The notes: generated by a model from the sequence alone, not told the origin. 64,000 nt of DNA from an uncultured Solirubrobacterales bacterium (GCA_963757165.1 CAVWQO010000002.1:375143-439142); one strand, 5' to 3'. Shown: positions 9,275-18,068, counted from the stretch's first letter. Program-made: numbers and translations.

Positions 9275-9774
9275 TGAGTGATGACCGCGGATGGCTGCGA
9301 GCCGGCGCGGTAGGCAGTCCTCACGGGCTGGACGGTAGCTTCTACGTCAATCAGCCCAACGCCCAGCTGCTCGTGGTCGATGCGACAGTGACCGTGGACG
9401 GCGCGGAGCGCAAGATCACGCGCCGGGCAGGTACCGACCTGCGCCCGATTGTGCGGCTGGCAGGCTACGAAGACCGCGGGGCCGCGAGTGCACTGCGGGG
9501 ACAGGAGCTGCTCGCGCCTCGTAGCCAGGCGCCCGAGCTGGGACCGGAGGAGTGGTGGGTTGAGGACCTGGAGGGCTGCACCGTCCGCGACTCCGGGCGG
9601 GAGCTCGGCACGGTTCGCCGGGTGCTCGCGCTTCCATCCTGCGAGGTGCTCGAGGTCGTTCTCGCCGACGGCGGCGGGGAGCTGCTCGTGCCGCTGGTCA
9701 GTGACGCGGTGCAGACAGTGGACATCGAGCGACGGGAGATCATGGTCGATGTGCAGTTTCTCGGGCCAGACTGA
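9274..9774 (+). CDS. rimM: 16S rRNA processing protein RimM
   Basis: ATG overlaps the previous stop (TGATG). Shows the RimM pattern GAVGSPHGLDGSFYV... and a C-terminal PRC-barrel (LVPLVSDAVQTVDIERREIMVD). Conserved rpsP-KH-rimM-trmD order. Confidence 0.85.
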   Translation: MSDDRGWLRAGAVGSPHGLDGSFYVNQPNAQLLVVDATVTVDGAERKITRRAGTDLRPIVRLAGYEDRGAASALRGQELLAPRSQAPELGPEEWWVEDLEGCTVRDSGRELGTVRRVLALPSCEVLEVVLADGGGELLVPLVSDAVQTVDIERREIMVDVQFLGPD

Positions 9775-10460
9775 TGGAGATCGACATGTTCACCCTGTTT
9801 CCCGATGCGTTCGGCTGGTTTGAGCGCCAGCGTCACGTCGAGAACGCGCTGGCCCGGGGCCACCGGCTCAACTACATCAACTATCGCGAGCACACGCCGC
9901 TCACCGCCGGGCAGGTGGATGACACCCCGTTTGGTGGCGGCGCGGGGATGGTGCTGCGGATCGACGTCGTCGAGGCGGCGCTCCGCGCCCGCTACGACGC
10001 TGACCCGTCTCAGCTGCGAGACCAACGTCGGATCATCGCGCTGACCCCGGGTGGCCGGCTCCTCGATGACGGGCTGGTCGACGAGCTGGTCGCCGAAGAC
10101 CGTCTCACGCTGCTTTGCGGTCGCTACGAGGGCTTTGACCAGCGGATTCTTGATCACTTCGCCAGCGATGAGATCTCGATCGGGCGCTATGTCCTGGCCG
10201 GTGGTGAGCTCCCCGCGATGGTGCTCTCTGACGCCGTGCTGCGGAAGCTTCCCGGTGCACTGGGCGACGACGACTCGGCCCTGGAGGAGTCCTACAGCCA
10301 GGCGCTGGCCGGAGCGCCCGAGTATCCGCATTACACAAGGCCGGCCGAGTACCGCGGCTGGCGCGTGCCGGACGTACTGCTCTCAGGTCACCACGCCCGC
10401 ATCCGGGAATGGCGGCTAGCCCAGAGCCAATCGCGCGCAGACGCTGGTTCGCTACCATAG
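9774..10460 (+). CDS. trmD: tRNA (guanine37-N1)-methyltransferase
   Basis: MEIDMFTLFPDAF..., DDTPFGGGAGMVL, LLCGRYEGFDQR, SIGRYVLAGGELPAMV and LLSGHHARIREWR are canonical TrmD motifs. Confidence 0.95.
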   Translation: MEIDMFTLFPDAFGWFERQRHVENALARGHRLNYINYREHTPLTAGQVDDTPFGGGAGMVLRIDVVEAALRARYDADPSQLRDQRRIIALTPGGRLLDDGLVDELVAEDRLTLLCGRYEGFDQRILDHFASDEISIGRYVLAGGELPAMVLSDAVLRKLPGALGDDDSALEESYSQALAGAPEYPHYTRPAEYRGWRVPDVLLSGHHARIREWRLAQSQSRADAGSLP

Positions 10461-10549
10461 GCCGCCCCGCGCGGATGGGGCCACTCGCCATGCTGGCGTG
10501 AAGGCCCCAGGACCGGCATCAGCCGGTACGGCGGGCGCGTTTACTTGCC

Positions 10550-11098
10550 ATGAGCACCGTGATCGACAGCCTGGAGCGAGCTCAGCTTCGCCGAGTGCCC
10601 GCCTTTGACGCCGGGGACCGGCTCCGCGTCCACTTCCAGGTCATCGAGGGCACGCGCCGCCGTACTCAGGTGTTCGAGGGTGTAGTCATCAAGCGTCAGG
10701 GTCATGGAGCGCGGGAGACATTCACCGTGCGCAAGCAGTCCTTCGGCGTCGGCGTCGAGCGAACCTTCCCGCTCCACTCGCCCAAGATCGAACGGATCGA
10801 AATCGCTGCTCGCGGTGACGTTCGGCGCGCCAAGCTCTACTACCTTCGCGACCGCGTCGGCAAGCGGGCCCGTGTCCGCGAGCGTCGCTCGTCACGTCCG
10901 GAAGAAGTCATTGAGCGCGAACTGCTCCACGCGCCCGAGCCGGTGGCGCCAGAGCCGGTGGCGGCCGAGCCGGAGGCCGACGCAGCAGAGGTTCCGGCCG
11001 AGGTCGCGGCGGTCCCTGCCGAGGTCGGCGCGCCTGCAGCCGACGCCACGGAGGATCCGTCGGCCGCGGAGGCACCCGCTGGCGACCAGCCGGAGTGA
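10550..11098 (+). CDS. rplS: 50S ribosomal protein L19 with an acidic Ala/Pro/Glu-rich C-terminal extension
   Basis: The first ~115 aa are typical L19 ([28 protein letters not shown]...[10 protein letters not shown]...RRAKLYYLR). About 65 extra residues follow ([31 protein letters not shown]...). Confidence 0.9.
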   Translation: MSTVIDSLERAQLRRVPAFDAGDRLRVHFQVIEGTRRRTQVFEGVVIKRQGHGARETFTVRKQSFGVGVERTFPLHSPKIERIEIAARGDVRRAKLYYLRDRVGKRARVRERRSSRPEEVIERELLHAPEPVAPEPVAAEPEADAAEVPAEVAAVPAEVGAPAADATEDPSAAEAPAGDQPE

Positions 11099-11718
11099 CC
11101 GCGAGGAAGCGCTCGCCGCTCGGCTCGCTCGTCGAGCTGCTGCTGATCGTCGCCACGGCCCTCGGACTCGCGCTCGCCATCCAGGCCTTCGTCCTGAAGC
11201 CCTACCGGATTCCGAGTGGTTCGATGCTGCCGACGTTGCACATCAACCAGCGCGTGCTGGTGAACCGGATCGGAACCCATTTCTCAACTCCTCACGTGGG
11301 CGACATCCTCGTCTTCCATCCGCCCAAGGACTACTCCAACTGCGCCGATCCGCATGCAGGGCAGAACGGCGTCGGCCTGAACAGCGCGCGGGCCTGCGAT
11401 CAAGCGCAGACGCAGGTCTCCTCGGAGACCTTCATCAAGCGGGTCGTGGGCGTCGGGGGAGACCGGATCTCCATCCGCAACGGCCACGTGATCCGCAACG
11501 GCTCACCGGAGAAGGACCCGTACACCGTCCCATGCCTGGGCGGAGGAGCGTGTGATTTTCCCGGCACGATCACGATCCCGCACGGCGACTACTACATGAT
11601 GGGCGACAACCGTCCCGATTCGGAGGACAGCCGCTACTGGGGCCCGGTCCCGAAGGCTTGGATCATCGGCGAGGCGTTCTTCACCTACTGGCCCCCGGGT
11701 CGACTGGGATTCCTCTGA
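11095..11718 (+). CDS. lepB: signal peptidase I (copy 1)
   Basis: GTG overlaps the rplS stop. TM anchor, catalytic-Ser box [21 protein letters not shown], and [16 protein letters not shown]. Confidence 0.9.
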   Translation: MTARKRSPLGSLVELLLIVATALGLALAIQAFVLKPYRIPSGSMLPTLHINQRVLVNRIGTHFSTPHVGDILVFHPPKDYSNCADPHAGQNGVGLNSARACDQAQTQVSSETFIKRVVGVGGDRISIRNGHVIRNGSPEKDPYTVPCLGGGACDFPGTITIPHGDYYMMGDNRPDSEDSRYWGPVPKAWIIGEAFFTYWPPGRLGFL

Positions 11719-12341
11719 TGCCTGGTGCGAAGTCCAGCTCGTCCCGTTCGGGGATCAAGGGGCTGATCGAGCTCGTGATAACCGTGGCCGTGGCCGTGGG
11801 ACTGGCGCTGCTGATCCAGGCCTTCGTGGTCAAGCCCTACCGCATTCCCAGCGGCTCGATGCTCCCCACGCTCCACATCAACCAGCGGGTGCTCACCAAC
11901 CGCCTGATCAGCCACCCGAGCGTCGGGGACATCGTCGTATTCCATCCGCCGCACGGTGCGGACCTGGGCAACGGCATCTGTGCGGACCCCAACGCAGGCG
12001 GAGGTCATTCCGCCGCCTGCGATGCCTCGACGCCCACCCAGTCCAGCCAGACCTTCATCAAGCGCGTCGTCGGCGGCCCCGGGGACCGGATCTCGATCGC
12101 GGGCGGCCACGTCACTCGCAACGGCGTCAGGGAGAAAGACCCGTACATCATCGACTGCGGCGGCGGCCCTAATTGCAATTTCCGGAAAACCATCGTGGTT
12201 CCGCCCGGCGATTACTTCATGATGGGGGACAACCGTGGCGCCTCCGACGACAGCCGTTTCTGGGGTCCCGTCCCCAACCAGTGGGTCATCGGCGTCGCCT
12301 TCTTCACCTACTGGCCCCCCGACCGCATCGGCTTCCTCTAA
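11718..12341 (+). CDS. lepB: signal peptidase I (copy 2, tandem paralog)
   Basis: ORF 11658..12341 is trimmed to the ATG at 11718, which overlaps the copy-1 stop (TGATG). It has the same boxes ([37 protein letters not shown]) and is visibly similar to copy 1 along its whole length. Confidence 0.88.
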   Translation: MPGAKSSSSRSGIKGLIELVITVAVAVGLALLIQAFVVKPYRIPSGSMLPTLHINQRVLTNRLISHPSVGDIVVFHPPHGADLGNGICADPNAGGGHSAACDASTPTQSSQTFIKRVVGGPGDRISIAGGHVTRNGVREKDPYIIDCGGGPNCNFRKTIVVPPGDYFMMGDNRGASDDSRFWGPVPNQWVIGVAFFTYWPPDRIGFL

Positions 12342-13035
12342 GCGCCGCAAGCGACCAGCCAGCCGTGCCGCGCGACGGCTGTTCGCCTTTGACCGACAGT
12401 TTGGAGTCCGGTTTGTGGCCGGAGCGGACGAAGCGGGGCGCGGGTGCCTGGCTGGGCCGCTGGTGGCCGCGGGCGTGCGCTTTGACCTGGATCGGCTGCG
12501 ACCAGCCGACATCCGAGCGCTGAACGCGCTCAACGACTCAAAGCAGCAGACCCCGGCCGCACGGGCCGCGCTGTTCCCGGTGATCCTCCGGGTCGCCGAC
12601 CGCGTCTCGATCATCTCCCGCTGCGCCCCGGGGATCGATGCCCGCGGACTGCATGTGACCAATCTGGCCGCTCTGCGTGATGCGCTGTGCCGGATCGCCT
12701 GCGAAGACTGCATCTGTTTGAGCGACGGGTTCCCCGTGGCGGCGCTGGGCCACCAGCAGCAGGCCGTGATCGGTGGCGACGCCAAGAGCGCTGCCATCGC
12801 CGCGGCGTCAGTCATCGCCAAGGAGACGCGTGATCGGTACATGCGGCGGGCGGACGCCGCCCACCCCGGCTGGGAGTTCGCTCAGCACGTCGGCTACGCC
12901 ACGCCTGAACATCGGGACGCGATCGAGCGACTGGGCGTCTCGCCGCTGCACCGCCTGTCCTTTCAGTCGGCCGCATATCAGCAGTTGGGTTTAGAAGGCG
13001 CCTTCGAGGTGCTCGATGCCCGCCAGAGTGCCTGA
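12235..13035 (+). CDS. rnhB: ribonuclease HII (start uncertain)
   Basis: VAGADEAGRGCLAGPLVAAGV..., DSKQ, and IAAASVIAKETRD. The conserved segment LFAFDRQFGVRF precedes the only downstream canonical start (GTG 12415). The next upstream canonical start is GTG 12235, which overlaps lepB copy 2 by 107 nt. Confidence 0.8.
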   Translation: MAPPTTAVSGVPSPTSGSSASPSSPTGPPTASASSKRRKRPASRAARRLFAFDRQFGVRFVAGADEAGRGCLAGPLVAAGVRFDLDRLRPADIRALNALNDSKQQTPAARAALFPVILRVADRVSIISRCAPGIDARGLHVTNLAALRDALCRIACEDCICLSDGFPVAALGHQQQAVIGGDAKSAAIAAASVIAKETRDRYMRRADAAHPGWEFAQHVGYATPEHRDAIERLGVSPLHRLSFQSAAYQQLGLEGAFEVLDARQSA

Positions 13036-13365
13036 GCGGTCGAACGTGACGCCGATGGCGTCGAAGCGCAGCGACTGGGCGTAGGGCCGCTCCGTCCGCT
13101 CAATCAGCCAGCGACCGGCCATCTGGCGCACCCGTGAGCGCTTCAGCGTTCCCACCGCATCAAGCGGGTTCATCTCCCAGCCGGTCATCCGCCGGGCCTT
13201 GACCTCGCAGAAGGCCAGCGTGCTTCCGTCGAAGGCGACGATGTCCAGCTCTCCCCAGCGGGTGCGGAAGTTGCGCTCAATGATCTGAAAGCCTCGGCGC
13301 TCCAGGTGCTCGGCCGCGAGGCGCTCGCCGAGTTGCCCAAGTTGGTGACGCGCGTCCTCGCTCAT
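12991..13365 (-). CDS. YraN-family (UPF0102) endonuclease-like protein
   Basis: ORF 12991..13728 is trimmed to the ATG at 13365: MSEDARHQLGQLGERLAAEHLERRGFQIIERNFRTRWGELDIVAFDG.TLAFCEVKARR. It is on the opposite strand to rnhB and comM, and its 3' end overlaps the rnhB 3' end by 45 nt. Confidence 0.8.
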   Translation of the reverse strand: MSEDARHQLGQLGERLAAEHLERRGFQIIERNFRTRWGELDIVAFDGSTLAFCEVKARRMTGWEMNPLDAVGTLKRSRVRQMAGRWLIERTERPYAQSLRFDAIGVTFDRSGTLAGIEHLEGAF

Positions 13366-13504
13366 GGCCGAGGACGCTACGCCGGCGCGGGCAACGTGTG
13401 GGTGCCACGGCGTGTCAACTCTCCGCAGTTCCCGGGCGCGTGCCTGCGCTGAATTGGCACACGGCGTCACCCACGTGTGACGCGACGCGGCGTAGGTTCG
13501 GGAC

Positions 13505-15034
13505 GTGCTCGCGCGGGTCACGACATTCGCCATCGACGGGGTCGACCCACGGCGGGTGTGGGTCGAGGTCGACATCCGCCCGGGGCTCCCCGCGTTCACG
13601 ATCGTCGGCCTGGGAGACGCGGCGGTCCGGGAGTCACGTGATCGCGTGCGTGCGGCCATCCTGAATTCCGAGTTCAGGTTTCCCGACCGGCGGATCACGG
13701 CCAATCTGGCCCCCGCCTTCCTGCGCAAGATCGGGCCGGGATTCGATGCCGCACTGGCCCTCGCGGTGCTCGCTGCAAGCCACCAGATCCCGCCTGAGGC
13801 GGCGGCCTCCTATGCCGTGTTCGGAGAGCTGTCGCTCGGCGGTGAGCTGCGCGACTCTCCGGGCGCCCTGGCGGTGGCCGAGGGGACTCGCCGAGTGGGT
13901 TTGCGTCGTCTCATCGTTCCACGGGAGCGCGCGCGGGAAGCCGCCCTCGTTGAGGGCATCGAGGTGGCCGGCGTATCAACGCTGCGGGCCGCCGCCGAGG
14001 TGCTCTCCGGGAGACGCTCACCGCCGCCACCGCCTCAAGGCCCGGCCGGTCCGCCGACACGGCGCGGGTTGACTGCGCCCGACCTCCGCGATGTGCGCGG
14101 TCATGCGGTGCCGCTGCTGGCCCTGCAGATCGCGGCGGCCGGCGGGCACAACCTGCTCTTGGAGGGCGCACCCGGAACCGGCAAGACGATGCTCGCCCGG
14201 CGGCTGCCGTCGATCCTCCCGGCGATGACGCGCGCCGAGGCGATTGAGGTGACGAGGATCCACAGCGTGGCCGGGACGTCCACCGATGGTCTCCTGAGCA
14301 CGAGGCCGTTCCGAGCCCCGCACCACACGATCTCCCCGGCGGGACTGGTCGGTGGCGGCGCCACGCCCCGGCCGGGCGAAGCCTCGCTGGCCCATCACGG
14401 CGTGCTGTTCCTCGACGAGCTCTCGGAGTTTCAGCGCTCGAGCCTGGATGCGCTCAGGCAGCCGCTCGAGGATGGCAAGGTGACGATCGTGCGCGGCCAG
14501 CGCGCGCTCGTCTTCCCGACTCGCTTCATGCTCGTCGCAGCCACCAATCCCTGTCCGTGCGGGTTCGCGGGCATCGAGGATCGGTGCGTGTGCGGGGAGA
14601 GCGATCTGCGCCGGCACCGCCGCCGTCTCAGCGGCCCGCTGCTGGATCGGATGGACCTCCTCGTCACGGTCGATCGGCCCTCAGAGCGCGATCTGCGAGC
14701 TCGGCCAGCGATTGACTCGGAGACAGCCGGCGCGCGGGTGGCCGTGGCCCGGGAGCGACAGCTGCGGCGGCTCGAAGGGTCCGGGGCGCGCTGCAACGGC
14801 GAGATGGACGGGCGGCTGGTCCGCCGACACGTGATCCTCGAGGAAGCGGCGTCGGACACGCTCGGTCGTGCCTACGCGATTGGGGCGCTGAGCGCGCGGG
14901 GTCGCCACCGAGTGCAGCGAGTCGCTCGGACGATCGCTGATCTCGACCGCCGGGACCTCGTCACCCAGAGCGACGTACTGACCGCGCTGAGTCTGCGACA
15001 GCGCGGCAACGACGCTCTGGCCATGGCGGCATGA
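13505..15034 (+). CDS. comM: Mg-chelatase-like ATPase ComM/YifB
   Basis: N-terminal Lon-like domain (ARVTTFAIDGVD...VDI.PGLPAFTIVGL), AAA+ Walker A GAPGTGKTMLARR, Walker B VLFLDELSEF, and the cysteine cluster ATNPCPCGFAG...CVCG. Confidence 0.9.
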   Translation: MLARVTTFAIDGVDPRRVWVEVDIRPGLPAFTIVGLGDAAVRESRDRVRAAILNSEFRFPDRRITANLAPAFLRKIGPGFDAALALAVLAASHQIPPEAAASYAVFGELSLGGELRDSPGALAVAEGTRRVGLRRLIVPRERAREAALVEGIEVAGVSTLRAAAEVLSGRRSPPPPPQGPAGPPTRRGLTAPDLRDVRGHAVPLLALQIAAAGGHNLLLEGAPGTGKTMLARRLPSILPAMTRAEAIEVTRIHSVAGTSTDGLLSTRPFRAPHHTISPAGLVGGGATPRPGEASLAHHGVLFLDELSEFQRSSLDALRQPLEDGKVTIVRGQRALVFPTRFMLVAATNPCPCGFAGIEDRCVCGESDLRRHRRRLSGPLLDRMDLLVTVDRPSERDLRARPAIDSETAGARVAVARERQLRRLEGSGARCNGEMDGRLVRRHVILEEAASDTLGRAYAIGALSARGRHRVQRVARTIADLDRRDLVTQSDVLTALSLRQRGNDALAMAA

Positions 15035-16110
15035 GTCTGGCCTGCGAGCGGTGTCTGACCCGAGCGTGGCTGCTGGCGCGGCTGGCCTCGCATCTGGAGC
15101 CGGTGCGCAGCCGGATCCTCGAGCTGCTGGCGCTGCCGGACGAGGCGCTGATTGCCGCTGTGGCCGGTCAAGATCAGATTTCGGTCCTGCGTGAGCTGGC
15201 GGGCTTTGATGCCTTTGCGGCGAGGGCCCGGTGCCGTGACGCGGGAGTCGCCGCCCTCTGCCGCTGCGAGGACCGGTATCCCGCCCGGCTGCGGGACCTG
15301 GAGGCGCCGCCGGCGGTGCTTCACGTCGCCGGCGGGCTCGAGCGTCTGCTGATGCTCTTGGGAGAAGAACCGGTCGCCGTGGTGGGGGCACGCCGAGCAA
15401 CGCCCTACGGGCTGGAGGTGGCCCGCTCGCTGGCGCAGAAGCTCTCGACGGCCGGCGTCACGGTGATCAGCGGGATGGCGCTGGGCGTGGACTCGGCGGC
15501 CCACGCGGGCGCGCTGGAGGGGGCGGCGGGAACGGTGGCCGTCCTCCCTGCTGGGGCGCAGCGGCCCTATCCGGCGGCCAAGCGAGCGCTTTATCGGAAG
15601 ATCCAAGCCACCGGCGCGGTCGTCTCCGAACTCCCGCCGCAGGTGCCGGTGTGGCGATGGATGTTCCCCGCTCGCAACCGGCTTGTAGCTGCCCTGGCGG
15701 CGATGGTCGTGGTCGTCGAGGCGCGCGAGCGCTCGGGAGCGCTGCTGACCGCTCGCTCGGCGCGCGCCCTGCACCGGCCGCTGGGCGCCGTTCCCGGCCG
15801 GGTGAACAGCCCGCAGGCCGCCGGACCGAACGCCCTGCTGGCCGAAGGGGCCCACGTCGTGCGAGGCGCCCAGGATGTGCTCGACGTGCTCTACGGCGCC
15901 GGCACACGGAAGCTGGAGGTGGCGCGGCGTGCCGATCTGGCACCGGAGCTTCGAGCACTGTTGCGGGCGATCGCCGACGGCCACGACACGGTGGGGGCGC
16001 TGACGCAGGCCGGGATTCCGGCGGATCAGGGGCTGGCCGCCGTGGCCGCGCTCGAGCTCGCAGGTTACGTCCGGCGCGAGGCCGGAGGGAGGTTCTCGGT
16101 GACCTCGTAA
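15031..16110 (+). CDS. dprA: DNA processing protein DprA
   Basis: ATGA overlap with comM. Rossmann-like core [22 protein letters not shown]...[18 protein letters not shown], and a C-terminal winged-helix-like tail. Confidence 0.9.
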   Translation: MSLACERCLTRAWLLARLASHLEPVRSRILELLALPDEALIAAVAGQDQISVLRELAGFDAFAARARCRDAGVAALCRCEDRYPARLRDLEAPPAVLHVAGGLERLLMLLGEEPVAVVGARRATPYGLEVARSLAQKLSTAGVTVISGMALGVDSAAHAGALEGAAGTVAVLPAGAQRPYPAAKRALYRKIQATGAVVSELPPQVPVWRWMFPARNRLVAALAAMVVVVEARERSGALLTARSARALHRPLGAVPGRVNSPQAAGPNALLAEGAHVVRGAQDVLDVLYGAGTRKLEVARRADLAPELRALLRAIADGHDTVGALTQAGIPADQGLAAVAALELAGYVRREAGGRFSVTS

Positions 16111-16121
16111 CCTCGTGCCCG

Positions 16122-17063
16122 ATGACCAGCCCACCCCGGATCCCCCGCGTGCTCTCGATCGCCGGCTCGGACTCGGGCGGCGGCGCAGGCATCCAGGCCG
16201 ACCTGAAGGCCTTTGCCGCGTGTCGCGTGCACGGGATGACCGCGGTCACCGCGCTGACGGCGCAGAACACCGTCGAGGTGACCAAGATCCATCAGGTCCC
16301 CCCGGAGATGATCCTGGCCCAGATTCGGGCGGTCAGCGAGGACATCGGCGTCGATGCGGTCAAAATCGGCATGCTGGGCGACGTCCGCACGATCGAGACC
16401 GTCGCCCGGGGACTTGACGAGTTGCCGGTTGGGACCCCTGTGGTGCTTGATCCGGTGATGGTCGCGGAATCCGGCGCCACGCTGCTCGATCCGGCGGCTC
16501 AGAGCTCGCTGGTCGAGCTGCTGCTGCCGCGAGCGACGGTGATCACCCCGAACCTTCCCGAGGCCCGGGTCCTCCTGGCCGCCAGCGCGCGCGGCGGCGG
16601 GGAGGCGTCCGGCGACGCGCAGGCGTCCGGCGGCGGGGAGGCGTCGGGCGAGGCGCGGGCGTCCGGCGGCCGGGAGGCGTCGGGCGAGGAGCAGGCGTCC
16701 GACGGGGCGCACGCGTCGGCCGCCGCGGACGCCGAAATCGCCGACCTCACGCGGGCGCTACATGAGCTCGGCCCGCGATTCGTGGTGGTCACCGGTGGAC
16801 ACCGCCAGCAAGCGGTCGACGTCTTCTTCGATGGGCAGGAGGTGACCGAGATTGTCGGTGAGCTGTACCCCGGCGCAGCTGCACACGGGTCAGGCTGCAC
16901 CCACTCATCGGTCCTTGCGGCACGGCTGGCGTGGGGCGATACCCCCCTACTTGCGGCCAGGGTGGCCAAGGAGCTCGCGGCCCGGGGGGTCAAGAACGGG
17001 CTGCGCGGGCTCGGAGCCGGGCCCGGTCCAGTTGACGTGCTGGGGCTGCGCTCTTTGACATAA
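16122..17063 (+). CDS. thiD: hydroxymethylpyrimidine/phosphomethylpyrimidine kinase with an internal low-complexity insertion
   Basis: ORF 15651..17063 is trimmed to the ATG at 16122. Motifs: [43 protein letters not shown], and GCTHSS (the GTGC-type anion hole). It carries a ~45-aa Gly/Ala/Ser/Glu insertion. Confidence 0.9.
   Translation: MTSPPRIPRVLSIAGSDSGGGAGIQADLKAFAACRVHGMTAVTALTAQNTVEVTKIHQVPPEMILAQIRAVSEDIGVDAVKIGMLGDVRTIETVARGLDELPVGTPVVLDPVMVAESGATLLDPAAQSSLVELLLPRATVITPNLPEARVLLAASARGGGEASGDAQASGGGEASGEARASGGREASGEEQASDGAHASAAADAEIADLTRALHELGPRFVVVTGGHRQQAVDVFFDGQEVTEIVGELYPGAAAHGSGCTHSSVLAARLAWGDTPLLAARVAKELAARGVKNGLRGLGAGPGPVDVLGLRSLT
16593..16700 (+). repeat. in-frame 36-bp tandem repeat (3 units) inside thiD
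   Basis: Units at 16593-16628, 16629-16664 and 16665-16700 (GGCGGCGGGGAGGCGTC[C/G]GGCGA[C/G]G[C/A]GC[A/G]GGCGTCC). They encode [12 protein letters not shown] / [12 protein letters not shown] / [12 protein letters not shown]. Confidence 0.9.
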
Positions 17064-17071
17064 TCGCCCCT

Positions 17072-17320
17072 GTGCGCTTTCTGCGGATGAAGCCAGGACA
17101 CGGTGAAGTGCTGATCGCGGAAGGTGACGTCGAGCAGGCCGAGGACGAACGTCGCCTTGTGGAGGAGTTCCGGCGCCAGCTTGACGCGGGCCTGTGGGCA
17201 GCCGTGCCCGTCGCTCGTAGCGACGGCCGCCGGCAAGCGCAGATGGTCCGCTCCTTCACCGAAGTGCCGCGGGATGCTGAGCGTGTGATCTTCTTCCCGC
17301 GCGCAGCGGGCGGCCGGTAG
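17072..17320 (+). CDS. small MoaD/ThiS-family-like (beta-grasp sulfur-carrier-like) protein ending GG-Arg
   Basis: 82 aa. The C-terminus ...VRSFTEVPRDAERVIFFPRAAGGR resembles the MoaD C-terminus ...LVSFDHPLTDGDEVAFFPPVTGG as I remember it, and the overall length is similar. Third-position GC is about 76 percent by hand count. No obvious SD. Alternative start ATG 17087. Confidence 0.5.
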   Translation: MRFLRMKPGHGEVLIAEGDVEQAEDERRLVEEFRRQLDAGLWAAVPVARSDGRRQAQMVRSFTEVPRDAERVIFFPRAAGGR

Positions 17321-17334
17321 GCCCAGGCGACACC

Positions 17335-17958
17335 GTGCTGCTGGCGCTCGCAGCGACCACCCTGGTGGCGCTGGCGCTGCTCTCGGACCTGATCGTCCCG
17401 CGCCTCGAGGACACCTGGGCCCGCTACCGCGCGCATCGGCGACGGGCGCCGACGCCGATGTTCGATCCCGGGCGTGAGCGACGCGCCGAGCAGCGCGCGC
17501 GGGAATTGCTGCGCTCATGTGTCAACGAGGAGGAGTGGGCGATGTACCGCGATCTGGGCTTCGTCCGGGTCTGGGGATCGCAGACCGACGGACCCGCCGT
17601 GGGCGGAGCGACCGGCGGCGCCCCCTACGCCTACCTGATCTATCCGCACAAGCCTGTCATCGCCTATCTGGCCCAGACGCACCGTCTGCTCAGCGAATAC
17701 TGCGTTGAATTTCCCGATGAGACGCGACCTTATGGGAGTGCGCGGCTCCCGGATTCCGACGATGTTCTGGCCAAGTGGATGGCTCTGACCGGAGATGAGC
17801 GGAGGTTGATCTCCACCGCCAACATGCACTTGCCTGGGCGCCAGCTCGACCCTGCCCAGGTGAGTAAGGATTTGTGGCGCCTCTCTCAGTGGGAGCGCGG
17901 CCGCATGCGGGACGCGGCGGGCGGCACGTCCGCGCAGCGGATCGACGCCGCCGGCTGA
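17335..17958 (+). CDS. hypothetical membrane-anchored protein
   Basis: 207 aa with a single N-terminal hydrophobic helix (LLALAATTLVALALLSDLIV) and a soluble domain in which I recognise no motif. It starts 14 nt after the preceding small ORF. Confidence 0.55.
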   Translation: MLLALAATTLVALALLSDLIVPRLEDTWARYRAHRRRAPTPMFDPGRERRAEQRARELLRSCVNEEEWAMYRDLGFVRVWGSQTDGPAVGGATGGAPYAYLIYPHKPVIAYLAQTHRLLSEYCVEFPDETRPYGSARLPDSDDVLAKWMALTGDERRLISTANMHLPGRQLDPAQVSKDLWRLSQWERGRMRDAAGGTSAQRIDAAG

Positions 17959-18068
17959 CCCACCACGACCTCGGTTCCAAACGGCCGCCCGGGCGATGGC
18001 GCGGTGGTCCGGCACGTAAAACGCCGGGCCCCATGACCCTCAGCCCGACCCACTAAAGTCACCGCCCG

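Noticed and set aside
16111-16121. A TPP riboswitch upstream of thiD.
   Set aside because: Only 11 nt separate dprA and thiD, which leaves no room for the ~100-nt THI element.
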